Shown here piece by piece: positions 1 to 13,030 of a stretch of DNA of 64,000 nucleotides. Origin of the DNA: Octopus vulgaris (taxonomy: Eukaryota). The notes under the pieces were generated by a model that saw only the letters and a program-made list of their open reading frames with translations, made no database searches and was not told where the DNA came from. Numbering within the stretch: position 1 is the first letter of the stretch; each line of letters opens with the position of its first letter. Position numbers and translations under genes: made by a program. Location: assembly GCA_951406725.2 (NCBI GenBank), contig OX597830.1, forward strand, positions 44,144,001 through 44,208,000. The letters are read 5' to 3'.

Positions 1-466
1 CCTTCTAATATACTAGTTAACGGATTAACTGTAAACTACTACACACTTCGTCCAGCGACAACACCAAGTGCATTTCGACCTTTTGAAGTATTTTCAATGA
101 AACATACTCGCAACCAGTCACATACGGACAACAATTTGTCGCTTCCATTGGCGCTTTTACTTGTCGCTGTTGCGAAGAATTTTCGTTCCCTTTCAATATT
201 TATTGCTTTTAACATAGCACATCCTTGAGAGATGTTACCTCAGGACAAATACCGCAGTAACTGGCCTACTAACAATCTATATACATTAAGTATGACATAC
301 AGCGGGCTATTTTAATACTACTCCAATTGCGTATACATTTAGATAGCTTAAAAGTCAACTAGTCGATTACAATTAATTCGAAGATCGATCTTTCGATATC
401 ATCATGAATACTTGTAAATATATTCATTTACAAACCATTGAATTAGCCTGAATATACTATAATATA

Positions 467-533
<67 letters not shown>

Positions 534-773
534 GCGAGAAAGAAGCAACAAGAATGGATAAGTTTTTAGTACAATCGTTTCATACAAAGACAGGCTTTAT
601 TAAAAGTTGCAAAAATTGCAGCATATAAACGTGTCCCGTACTCATCAGCGTATTTTAGCTGATGAGTACGGGACACGTTTATATGCTGCAATTTTTGCAA
701 CTTTTAATAAAGCCTGTCTTTGTATGAAACGATTGTACTAAAAACTTATCCATTCTTGTTGCTTCTTTCTCGC
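534..773. repeat. Perfect inverted repeat, 116-bp arms with 8-nt spacer
   Basis: 534-649 is the reverse complement of 658-773; spacer GTATTTTA; abuts a (TA)n tract. Confidence 0.95.
653..743 (+). ncRNA. Type I hammerhead ribozyme, Penelope-like-element type
   Basis: Stem I TTTTAG (653-658)/CTAAAA (738-743); core CTGATGA (659-665); long stem II 666-725; GAAA (726-729); short near-palindromic stem III C-GATT-G; GUA triplet with predicted cut after 737. Confidence 0.75.
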
Positions 774-1371
774 TTATAATCACCCCACATTACTGTATTG
801 ATAAAACCGTATAGTTTTTTGGTGCATCTAAGTTAGGTACCATATTCAAGTAAATTCATTAAAATTGACTTGAATCTTTATTGCTTTTTGTATATATATA
901 TATATATATATACATATATGGTAAATGAAGGACGGAAGATAGAATATATGACAATTGTTTCAACACACCTAGCATCCATCTGTAACGGTATTTTAGGTGG
1001 AGCCAGTGGTCACCAGTTGTAACGGATGTTGATGTTGCAGATGTGCAAGATGAAAGAAGAACAGTGATCGAAGTTACATATTGTTATAGCCAAACCGCGA
1101 CGGGTTGGTATAATATAATTTGTAAAACATGTGAAGTAAAGAGAGATATCGTAGATCTTTCTTGTATAGGCGTGTTTGTGTTCTCGTTATTCTAGCAGCA
1201 GAGAAAAAGATAGTGATGTTGTAAAGAGAAAGTGAGCTAGTGAAATTGAGAGTGGTGGGACGAAACAACTGCTTCATTGGTGAGTTACCGGTTATCCCTC
1301 TGTGCCTTTTCATTTAGAGATGGCGTTTCGTTTAGCCGCTCAACCAGCTTCCCTGTTAGTCGGTTCTCACT

Positions 1372-1406
1372 AACTGACTTTGACTTACGGAGTTCTAGTA
1401 TTTATA
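1372..1406 (-). promoter_or_regulatory. TATA box plus TCAGTT initiator, probably in an LTR-like fragment
   Basis: Minus strand TATAAATA (1406-1399) lies about 31 nt upstream of the A of TCAGTT (1375), the canonical spacing. Confidence 0.35.
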
Positions 1407-1735
1407 ACTATACAAAACTAGCTAGAAAATAGGTATATTGCAGAGAACAATAGATTTCGTTGGGAGTGTTATCTCAGTTCTAACTTCCATGGGCAAGAAA
1501 AGGTTAGGAGGCTCAAGTGGAAAAAACATAAATCGGTTTGGCAAAGCCATATGTTAAATGTATCTGCTGTCAACCATTGTTTTTCTGAGAGAAAAAAAAA
1601 TGCTGTCGAAATTTGCCGATTCAGGTTCGAATCTAATCTATGTCTAAATGAAGTCACTACACAACCCTCACGGGTGGGACACTCAACGACTGGTTCAGGA
1701 GCATCCAGTGGTGGAGATATGTCTCATCGGGTGAT

Positions 1736-1774
<39 letters not shown>

Positions 1775-2005
1775 GGCACCAAGTCTAATGTAAACCGTAG
1801 ATCCGACTCAGGGTTGGTTCCAGGTATGACGTAGGTATAAAAAGATATGTATGTATGTATGTACGCGTGCATGTATGTGTAGAATGACCGTGCGAAAGGA
1901 GAGGTGACGAATGAATGACTCATTTAATACACCGCACGGTCACTTACAATAAAAACCGAAAATGGATAAATGAGTATGATAAATGAGTATGACACGACCG
2001 TAGAA

Positions 2006-2069
2006 TGTTAAGTGAAAGGTTTTATTTACGTGATAGCAGAGTGTGTGTCTGTGTGTACGACATAAGTAC

Positions 2070-2105
<36 letters not shown>

Positions 2106-2779
2106 TATAATAATTACAATATACAGGCCGTCATGCATACACAATGTATATGTGTGTACAAACAAGGGTGTATGCGTGTGAGATAATATACAGAGCATAG
2201 AAAAAGTCTATAACAGGACGTTAGAAATTCAGATACAATGAAGATAAATACCAGTTCGTAGTAAGGTACACAATAGTTGAAGTTCTGTACAAGAAGTTGA
2301 GGCGAAATAGCAGAGTCTGTGTGGTACGTGTTGTACGAAGTGGTGGCTACCATGCTGCTGCCGGGTTACTTGGTACAGAAGGTTCTCGTAGGTTGAGCTT
2401 ACTGTTAACCATGGTGAAGTATTTCACAAACAGTGGGAAGTTAAACCTAAGCGAAGTTGCTGTGTACGTAGAGATGTTGTTGGTGTCGATAAGATGAAGG
2501 CGACGGGGGTGGAGGTCCGGAATGCTGCTGGTGTTGTCTGTCGCTGGAACTGGCTGAGTGCTCTGTGGTCAGTGGTTAGGCCTTAGAAGGTCTAGAACCA
2601 AAGACGAAATACGGTTTGTTGATCTAGCTTTTATAGAGACTAGGAGGCTCCAACAGACAATTTAGAAGACTGTGTCACGGGACCTAGAAGGCTGCGATTG
2701 GTTGGGTTGCACATTGGTGCGTAATAGAGCAAGAGACAAATTGCGCCAATATCAACCAATCAGAGTAGTGGACACAACA
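2006..2779 (-). mobile_element. Putative solo LTR
   Basis: TGTT...AACA termini; on the minus strand CCAAT/ATTGG boxes (2696-2760), TATAAAA (2635-2629) and AATAAA near the 3' end (~2020-2026). No TSD seen. Confidence 0.45.
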
Positions 2780-5700
2780 GGGTCCAAGCGACCGAAAGCT
2801 AGCTGTTATCTACTACATTCGTATTTATGTTATATATAACAGAGAGAGAGAGAGGGGGGGATTTCACTAAGCGTATGCTACATATGTACATATGTATATA
2901 TGTATGTAAGGGGCAACACAGCAAAAATAAGTCAAGAGAACGAAAGTGAAAATAATCGGCAATAAAATAAAAAGGAAAGGTATCGGATTTACTTGTGAAA
3001 GGAAACGAAACATTTAGGCTGATACAATTAATCGCTGGATTGTAAGTTAATCCCAACGATGTAACTAACTCGATAATAGAGTATCACTGAAAATGTTGAT
3101 CTTCTCTGATTCTTAAAACGCTTATGGCTCGCTCCGCCCAACCAGTTTTTTAAAAAAATATATTAACATAAACATTCAGTTTCACAGAGAAAAAAATTCT
3201 TATTTTCTTTGTCGATCTTTTAGCCATTGCAGATCATTAAACGATTGTGATTTTCTTTTCATTTTCATTGATCCCACTTTCACCTTGTCATTACATGACC
3301 GTCAAACTATAATAGATCGCTCTAAAATGTTTTCATGTCACAAAGGAAAAATTGCTGTGGCAACTTGGTTCCGAAATTGTCAAAAGAATTCGTCATCAAA
3401 TTTCCACGATATCACGGTTTGTTCCATTCACAGAATTGAATTTGTCTTTTGCATGCGACCACATGGATTCCGTTCCATTTGTAAACGTTTCAATTAACCG
3501 ATTCTCAAAATATCTAAAATTGTTAAACGACTCCATGATCAAATTATATGTATTTTCAAGGTTCTATAAACGTATCTATGTGTATAAGCAAACGATTAAT
3601 TTGGGACCGCCAAACCCATTTCTCAACGAGCAGAATAAGAGATTCCGTGCGTCTGCTTTCAACAGGAATAAGAAAACCATTTTTTTTCCAGGCGCACCTC
3701 ATCTTCCTTGTTTTTGTTATGTGGCGTTTGCGAAACATAAAGACGAATCAATTTCTGTAACTCCTGGTTTGCCTATTTTCTCAAGATTTGGACGGAAATA
3801 TCTCGTTGCTGTTAGATGCTTATCACGGCAGGATTAAAACCAGTCAATGATAGTACAGCTGTCTTTAATTGCCAATTGTGTTTAGTTGGTCATCTCATGA
3901 GGCAATTACTGAAATGAACCAACACTCTGATCTCTGATCAATACACAAAAATTAGACCGCGATTTGCCAGAATTAGTGTTGCGACCTTTCGAAGAAACCA
4001 CCTTTTCGAAAACTAACATACACAGACGTGCAATTTCCTATTGAGTATGTGTAGCAGATTTTAGTTTTAGCTCTTGAGATCCTCAGTACACAGACGGTAA
4101 GCTGTGAAGTTTCAACCGTTGCACTTAGTGTATGTCCTGAGGTATATACCAATCTGAACCAACAACAATTGGATGAATTCTTCACTGGCGATTTTCGTGA
4201 AGAGATGCTAATCATAAAGATAAACCGTAGAAGTAAAATCGTTTAAATGGAAATTGGATTCTACAGTAACGTTTTTCGCTTCAGTAAAAGGACTTCTCAA
4301 TGCCCGAAGGAGGGAATTCCTTTAGTAATTTATTAGCTGTCATTTTACTTGGTGTTTTCCAAATCTTAGTTGTGTTCTGTAATTGTTGCTTTATTCCATG
4401 GATTTGCAGTTCTATAATATAAAAAAATCTTGGTTTTCTGTCTACTATACGTATGAGTCTGGTGGTCGAGCACTGGCTAGAAGTTCTCCCAGAAGTCCGT
4501 GAACAATATTTCGCAGGCCGGACAGGGTGAGTAATGTGATCTTTACTAGTTGTTCCGGATGATTTGACTGCTATTTCTAATCGATCGAGCACTGGCTCCT
4601 TTTGAGCTTCGAGAATCGATATCACCAGAGAGTGTAATGTGTTGTTAATTCGATCTTTCTTATAACTGCTTAAAAGTTAGTTATTTCAGAAATTGGTTTC
4701 TATATGTCTTATAAATGTTTAAGGGGAAAAAAAGTGGGTGTGTAACATTTAAAAGTTATTTCAAAAACTAACAATATTTAAAAAAAAAAAGAAAGAAAAA
4801 AGCTAGGGCGTTTAAAGGCCACTTTAATACTTTTCATATTTTGTTCTGGTGAATGTTTTAGTAATAAAAAAAAAAAAAAAACGGGAGTGGTTAAACTAAA
4901 TCTTTATAACTTGTTGAGGGAGATTTAAGCAAGGAGAAAGAAGTATTGAAATGCGAAACTATCTGTCGAACGAAAAAAGGCGAAGTTCAGTGGATTTCAA
5001 CATTTCATTTAGTGCCATAACTTTTACAATTTGTCTCTGCTGTAATTTTTAATTAGAAGATATGTAAATTTTGTATTAATTTTTCGACATTAAGTTCGTT
5101 TCTAATATTAAGGACAAGACGAAAAAAGAAAAATGACTTGATCAAAGTATTATATATAGAATCAAGACATACAGCAATGTTACTGATTATAACAGATATA
5201 ATTTAAAGAGAAGTGGTCACAACTTTTATCAGTATCTGTTACTTAAGATATAAAAGTATATTTTACGTGTAGCGGCACAGTTAGGTTATTATTATGAGAA
5301 ATTATATTTGAGCGAAATTCTGATAATTTAAAGGAAAAGGGAAAATAAACTTAAAGCACTTTGATTTCTCTCACATATATTCTTAAATTCTTTTAAACGA
5401 AATAGTCTGCGATCAGAAGTTTAGACATTCTTTCGACAAAATGCCCAAGTTTAATGTCATCAACCTCTTAGAATTGACGTTAAAGGAAATTTTGGAGTGC
5501 CAGATTTGCTCCAGTTCATGTTGTTTATTCTGAAAAATTCGTTTTAATCCACATGGATTAAAATAAACAGCGAAGGGTGTAAAAAAAAAAAGCATAATAA
5601 AGTGTTTTAAAATTAATTACTGTAAATAGTAAAGTAAAAAATTGAAACTGAAACCATTAAAAAACTTACATCATATATTTCTGATGACATGGCGATATAT

Positions 5701-6984
5701 TTAAGAAGAAATTATTCCGTTATGAAATATTCAGTTACCACTTTGAAATGACGGCAAAAGACCTTTGTATTTCATGATGTAAAATTTGTAGACTTCGCCC
5801 TCGTCAACTTTGTATCTCCTATCGGTATCCGTATATGTTTACACCTGTTACTAATTGCTTTTTGTGTTGTATTTAGTGTTTCAATTCACAGTTGTTGGTA
5901 ACATTTTGCAAATTTAGGGTAAAAAAATTTCTTTTATGTATTGATACATTTAAATTACAAAAAAAAAAAAAAAAATGATAGTGGCAAATTCAGCCAGTTA
6001 AAATTTGTTCAAATTGGGTCCTGCACGTACGCTTGAGTGGAGAACATTATAATGAATTTTTTGTATATCATTGTGACTAATGATAGAGAGCCTCAAGCAA
6101 TCAATGTTTTTTGGCTGGGACTGGCGTGCTACACAAAACATAAAACATTAACCTTTAGCTTTTGTAGAGTAGAGGACCTCCACTGACTATTCTCAAATTG
6201 AACCCACACTTCCTAGCAGTATAGTTTAGCAAGGGTTCTCAGAGTACAGGGCCAAAAACACTATTGGCATTCCACTTTAATAGACATATGTTTTATGAAA
6301 ATTAGGATCCCCCTCATAGATGTGTCCCAGTAGGAGTGGGGATCAGCATTGTCCCCTCCTTCATCTCCTTCTTGCAATGCTTTTAATGACAAGTAAAGCA
6401 CATGGTGAGTGTAATATAAGTAGAACTTCACTTGTGTCAAGTAAGCTATTAAGTAGAGGAGAGACAGGGCTCCTGACAATTGCAGGCCCTCTGTTGAAAT
6501 TGATGTGGCTAATACCAATTTCTTTATTACCCACAAGGGGCTAAACACAGAGGGGACAAACAAGGACAGACATAGGTATTAAGTCGATTACATCGACCCC
6601 AGTGCGTAACTGGTACTTAATTTATCGACCCCGAAAGGATGAAAGGCAAAGTCGACCTCGGCGGAATTTGAACTCACAACGTAACGCAGACGAAATACCG
6701 CTAAGCATTTCGCCTGGCATGCTAACGTTTCTGCCAAATACCAACCCTCAACATCTTCAGATTTATGCTTCAAAGGGATATCAATGAATGTAATTTGTTG
6801 ATAGCAAATTGATCCCTCATTCAGCTAAAATGTGTCTTGCTAAGAGTAGCTGAAATAACAACTAATTCAACCAGTTTGTTGGTCAAACTGAGTTTGATCT
6901 AAAGGAAGAGTGAATAGCTTTTACTGGCTGGGATGCTGTGCATAAAAACATGAGAGAGCTTCCAGCTCCTCTTATGCAGTATAA

Positions 6985-7395
6985 TCAGAGCATGATTGAA
7001 AGGCTTAGCACGCCGGGTGAAATGCTTAGCAGTATTTTGTCTGCCGTTACATTCTGAGTTCAAATTCTGCTGAGGTCGACTTTGCCTTTCATCCTTTCGG
7101 GGTCGATTAAATAAGTACCAGTTACGCACTTGAGTCGATATAATCGACTTAATCTGTTTGTCTGTCCTTGTTTGTCCTCTCTGCGTTTAGCCCCTTGTGG
7201 GTAGTAAAGAAATAGGTATTTCATCTTCCGTTACGTTCTGAGTTCAAATTCTGCTGAGGTCGACTTTGCCTTTCATCCTTTTGGGATCGATAAATTAAGT
7301 ACCAGTTACACACTGGGGTCGATGTAATCGACTTAATCCCTTTCTCCTTGTTTGTCCCCTCTCTGTTTAGCCCCCTGTGGGCAATAAAGAAATAG
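6985..7395 (+). mobile_element. tRNA-derived SINE family B, dimeric copy (many other copies, e.g. 6520-6740 -, 14892-15070 +, 15210-15430 -, 16942-17160 +, 38825-39225 -, 42850-43070 +, 63580-63790 -)
   Basis: B-box-like GAGTTCAAATTC followed by GCCTTTCATCCTTTCGGGGTCGATAAATTAAGTACCAG (resembles the MetaSINE central domain, from memory); recurs throughout the window. Confidence 0.85.
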
Positions 7396-7887
7396 GAAGC
7401 TTGCTTCCTAACTACATGGTTCCTGGTTCAGTCCCACTGCATAGCACTTTAGGCAAGTGTCTTCTATTATAGCCTTGAGCTGGCCAGAGCCTTGTGAGTG
7501 GATTGATAGACAAATTAGGCAATCATACTCATATATTTATAAATTCAACTTAAAATGCATATACATATATTAATATATATCGACACATTTAAAAAAATAT
7601 TAATAAATATGAGTATATATATAAATATACATAAAAATATATGTAAATAAAACCCATGTTGTATACATATGGAAGGAAGTGTGAGAAAAAGAGGACTGTT
7701 AAGAAAAGGACTGAAAAAATTTGTTTTTGTACTGAAATTAAAAGCAGTTAAGATTTTCAGTTGAAAGATCCATAGAGTTTGGTGTGTTTTTTAAAAAATA
7801 TGAATGGTATATAAGGTATATACTATGAGGTATATAATACAGTTCAAGGAGGTTCACTTTCATACATATATATGTGTGTGAGTGAAA

Positions 7888-8200
7888 GCGCATGGCTTAG
7901 TGGTTAGGGCATTTGACTCATGAATGAAAGGCTGTGAGTTCAATTCCTGGTGACGTGTTGTGTCCTTGAGCAAGACACTTTATTTAGCATTGCTCCAGTC
8001 CACTCAGCCGGCAAAAAAGAGTTGCACCTGTATTTCAAAGGGCCAGCCTAGTCACACTCTGAATCTCCCTGAGAACTATGTTAGGGGTACACATGTCTGT
8101 GGATTGCTCAGCCACTTGCACGTTAATTTCACGAGCAAGCTGTTCCATTGATCGTATCAGCTGAGACCCTCGTCATCATAACCAACAGAGTGCTCCTTTT
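7888..8200 (+). mobile_element. tRNA-derived SINE family D, CORE-like (also 11020-11280 -, 38725-39380 +, 52538-52790 +)
   Basis: A box TGGCTTAGTGG, B box GAGTTCAATTCC, then GTGTCCTTGAGCAAGACACTT; repeated copies. Confidence 0.75.
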
Positions 8201-11200
8201 TTAGATATATGTGTGTGTCTTTGTGTGAGTGTGTGTGCATACTTGTGTCTGTGTTTGTCTCCCATCATTGCTTGATAACCGATGTTGGTGCATTTATGTC
8301 CCCATAACTTAGCGATTCAGCAAAATAAAAATATCAGGCTGTAAAAAAGCAAAAGAGAAAACAAGTACTAGAGTCGATTGATTTGACTAAAAATTCTTCA
8401 AATCGTAGAAAATAAAAGTAGAAAATAAAAGATAATATTGGTTAGAATAAACATGGATGGTGAAAGAAATAATCTTGTTAATAATCATTCATGTTAAGAT
8501 GGTGAGCTGGCAGAACCGTTAGCACTTTGGGCGAAATGCTTCGCAGTATTTCACCTGTCTTTATGTTCTGAGTTAAAATTCCGCCGAGGTTGATAAATTA
8601 AGTACCAGTTGCATACTGGGGCTGATCTGATTGACTGGACCCTCCCCCGCCAAAATTTTGGGCCTTGTGCTTAGAGTCGGAAAAAAAGAAAATTATCCAT
8701 GTTTTAATGGATAATTATTTTGTTCTACATGATTTGGATATAACATCAGGGAGGCAACCTGAAGTCTTACCTATAAGAAGCTTACTTAGTTACACCTTTG
8801 CTTACATTGCGAAAGAGAAAATACAATATTCTTTGTTTTAATAACAGAATTTGATGACTGGTCCACAACATGAATGTTTCCTAATGATATTTTTGTTGGT
8901 TTTTGTTTAGTTCCAGGTAAAACTTAACTGAAAAGACTATAGTTAAAAGCTCCTTAGATATGACCATCCCATCTCTATTTCAGGCATTGCTTATCTTGGA
9001 CTACATTACACAATGTCAATTTTGTTTAAGACAGAAGGATTTGATTTTAGAGATTTGGCTGTTATTGTTAGTGGATGAAGTAACCATATGGTGACCCCCA
9101 TCATTCACTGACATATAAGTATGTTAACTTTAATTATACTCTTATAAAGGACCACTGTTCAAAAAAATGCAGTGTAATTTGAAGGAAATTTGACTGCTAT
9201 TTCTAGCATATAGGATCTCTGTTGGTTTGCATTTAGTTTGTTAGCTTCGATGTCTAGACTTCACCTCTTCCTCCCATGTCTTCTCTGCCCCATGCATTTT
9301 CCCACCATGTATCAGCATGGACAACATGTATAGCATAAAGATTAGAAGTTAGTAGCAGGAGCCATCTAGTGCTAACTTATTCTTCTTCCTTGTCTGGTGC
9401 TGTCTATAATTAGTTGTAAAAATTATGCAAATTGATGCAATGATCAATCTTAGCTTTCATAATTGTTTAAATGTCCTGAAAGGTCACTCATTACATAACC
9501 AGTAAGGCTAACCCATCCTTGTAATCATGCAGATATTTTAGTTATGTAAATTGTATGTCACTAAAACAACCAAAATCCACTCCCTCCAAAAAAAAGCAAA
9601 AAAAAACAAAAATTCCCAAACAAAACTTTCCATACTGGTTAAATTTTAAATGTTTGTGTATCAATAAAATAAAAGAGCAACAGAAATAATGATTAATAAT
9701 TGTTTCTAACATAGGGACAAAACCTGAAATTTGGAGAGGAGGGATTAGTTGATTAAACTGACTCCAGTACTTGACTGGTGACTTATTATATTAACCCCCA
9801 AAAGGGTGAAAGACAAAGTTGACCTTAATGAAGTTTGAACTCATGAGACAAAAATCTGGATCAAATACTGCAGAGCATTTTGCTCAATGCTTTAATGATA
9901 ATAACTGTTTCTTAAATTAGGCACAAGGTCAGAGAATTGTGGGGAGAGAGTAAGTTAAAATGCACCTTTGCTAGCACCACTTAAGGGACACCTATGCCAC
10001 ATAAAAAAGCATCAGTACTGATGCCATGTAGAGAGCACCTGTGCTGGTGCCAAGTAAAAAGTATCCAATACACTCTACAGTGGTTGGAATTAGGAAAGGC
10101 ATCCAGCCGTGGAAACCATGCCAAAACAGGTGATTCGAGCCTGGTGCAGCTCCCTGGTCTGTTGGCTCCTGTCAACCTGTTCAACCCAGAAGTTAAATGA
10201 TGATGATGATGAATACTTACATGCCATCTTATTGACCCTCAAAGGATGAAAAGCAAAGTTAACTTCAAAGGAATTTGAACTTGGTATGTAACGACCCATA
10301 ATAATTAATTACTGCAGGCTCAACTAAGTGTTTCTAATTTTGGTAGAGGGCAAACAATTTTGAAGGGATGGTGCTAGTTGATTACATCATCATCATCAGC
10401 AGCATCATTATCATCATTTAACATCCGCTTTATATGCTGGCATGGGTTGGACAGTTTGAAAACTGGTAAGCCGGAAGGCTGCACCAAGTTTCAATTTGAT
10501 TTGGCAAGGTTTCTGTGGCTGGATGCCCTTCCTAATGCCAACCACTCTGAGAGTGTAATGGACGCTTTTTACATGCCATTGACCTGATACCAGCATCAGT
10601 CACGACTACAGTCTCACTTGGCTTCACAGGTCTATACAAGCACAGTATATTGCCAAAGATCTTGGTCACCTGTCACTACCTCCACAAGGCTCAATGCTCG
10701 AATAGTGCTTTTTACATGTCACAGGCATGTGTGCCAGTCAGATGGCACTGGCATTGGCCACAACTATAATTTCACTTGGTTCAACAGGTCTTCACAAGCA
10801 CAGAATATTGCCCAAAGATTGAAGGGTACTTTTAATGGGCCAATTATGTGCCACTGGCATTGGCTATGACTATGATCTCGACTTGACACCACTGCCTCCA
10901 TGAGGCCCAACGTTTAGATGGCATGTCAACCCTAGTATTTAACTGGTACATCATTATATCAGTGTCCTGGCTCTCTGGTGATTACAAAAAGTGTACCAGC
11001 TGATTTGATCAACTGAACAGCCTGTTTATGAAATTAACATGCAAGTGGCTGAGTACTCCACAGAAATGCAAACCCTTAATGTAGTTCTCAGAGAGGTTCA
11101 GTGTGACACACTGAATGTGCCAAGGCTGGCCCTTTTGAATTACAGGTACATTTTTGCCAGCTGAATGGACTGGAACAACATGAAATAAAGTGTCTTGCTC

Positions 11201-11406
11201 AAGGACACAACATGTGGCCAGGCATCAAACTCACAATCTTACGATCATGAACCAAATACCTTAGCCACATGCCTTCACATTTTATTGATACCAAAGGAAT
11301 GAAAGGCAAAATTGACTTTGGCAGGATTTGAACTCAGAACAAAAATCTCTGAAATAAATTTAAAACATTTTCTGATGTTTTAATGATATTGTCAGCTTTA
11401 GTTATG

Positions 11407-11439
<33 letters not shown>

Positions 11440-11461
11440 GTAATAATAATAATAATAATAA

Positions 11462-11905
11462 TATCCAGGCTAATTGACCTGACATAATTATTAAAGACAG
11501 GGAAGAAAATACTTGTAGACTTATAGGTGTAAGTGTTCCCGCTGTACATCTATAAAGGAATTTGACAAATTGAGTCAAATATAAGGACCTGGAAATTGAA
11601 ATACGAAAGATGCAGTATTTTAAAGTGAGAACTGTTTTTGTTATTGTAGGTGTGCTAGACATGATAATAAAGGGATATCAGAAACATCTAAATAAGATCC
11701 CAGGAGAACCATATCTCAGAGACATCCAAAAGATTGTATTGATAAGTATTACCCACATCCTTAAAAGAACCCTATCCATTTAGATGTCTGTGTTGTATTA
11801 CATGAAGAAGCTTTCAGTCATACTGTAACATCTCTTATCCTTCACTCACCCTAGGACACTGGGTGGCCTCAGCAAGTGATTGTAACAAACATGTAGATTA
11901 AAAGT
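11462..11905 (+). mobile_element. 3' fragment of a restriction-like-endonuclease non-LTR retrotransposon (R4/Dong-like), decayed
   Basis: Broken frame reads PDIIIKDREENTCRLIGVSVP...KYKDLEIEIRKM...VIVGVL...HLNKIPG...IQKIVLISITHILKRTLSI*; flanked on both sides by (TAA)n. Confidence 0.8.
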
Positions 11906-11907
11906 AA

Positions 11908-11943
<36 letters not shown>

Positions 11944-12584
11944 GCAATCCATTCTACAATAGGCACAAGGGCTGAAATTTGGAAGAGGGAACAAGTTGAT
12001 TACATTGACCCCTGTACTTGACTGGTACTAATTTCATTGACCCTGAAAAGATAAAAGGGAAAGTTGACCTTGGTGGAATTTGAACTCAGAATGTAAACAT
12101 GGACAAAATGCTGTTAAGCATTTTGCCCAGCATGTTAACAATTCTGCCAGCTCACCGCCTTCATAATAATGATTTTAATCCTTTCTACTAATTGCACAAG
12201 GCCTTGAAACTTTGAGGGAGGAGACTAGGTGATTGCATCGACCCCAGTACTCAACTGGTGCTTATTTTATCGACCCTGAAAGGATGAAAGGCAAAGTTGA
12301 CCCCCCCTTACAGAAATCCACAGCACCCTATTTAGAAAATCTAACATGACAGTTGTTTGATTCAACATCAATATAACAAGACTTTGTTTCTGGATAATAA
12401 ACTGTGTAAGAAAACAATGTCCCTGGAATTGATAATAAAATATTTTCTTTATTTCACCAATATAATAAACATAAAGTAGACAACAATACAAAATATAAGA
12501 AACAATATTTATTGTTAAAATTGTATCAAAATGTATTTTTGACTCTAAATGATTAATCATGATAGCACATCATCATCATCATCA

Positions 12585-13030
12585 TCATCATCACCATTTA
12601 GCGTCCGCTTTCCATGCTAGCATGGGTTGGACGGTTCAACTGGGGTCTGGGAAGCCAGAAGGCTGCATCAAGCCCAGTTTGATCTGGCAGTGTTTCTACG
12701 GCTGGATGCCCTTCCTAACGCCAACCACTCCGTCAGTGTAGTGGGTGCTTTTTACGTGCCACCCGCACAGGTGCCAGACGGGGCTGGCAAACAGCCACAG
12801 ATCGGATGGTGCTTTTACGTGCCACCGGCACGGAGGCCAGTCAGGGCGGCGCTGGCAACGGCCACGATCGGATGGTTCGCTTACTTGTCACCGGCACTGG
12901 TATCACAGCTGCAATTTCCATTGATGTTGATCGACTTCGATTTTGGTTCTGCTTTCTGATATCTGATTTGATTTGATTTGATTTTGATTTTGATTTTGAT
13001 TTTGATTTTGATTTTCACTTGCCTCAACAG
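12585..13030 (-). mobile_element. SINE family C with (GAT)n tail (also 10390-10920 -, 22905-23360 -, 33235-33640 -, 35575-35895 +, 37800-38170 +, 53270-53610 +)
   Basis: Shared GAGTGGTTGGCGTTAGGAAGGGCATCCAGC...CCGTCCAACCCATGCTAGCATGGAAAGCGGACG-(ATG)n end and internal GGTGGCACGTAAAAAGCACC repeats. Confidence 0.85.

Noticed and set aside
940-1010. Minus-strand GAAACAATTGTC resembling a hammerhead 3' half
   Set aside because: No upstream CUGANGA found; at most a truncated remnant.
3285-4625. ORFs of 161 aa and 114 aa in the CpG-rich zone
   Set aside because: Non-ATG starts and no recognisable protein features.
6602-7129. Recurring MRNWYL..RPRKDERQSRP and WLDALPNANH peptides that look like gene families
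   Set aside because: Translations of SINE-B and SINE-C consensus sequence.
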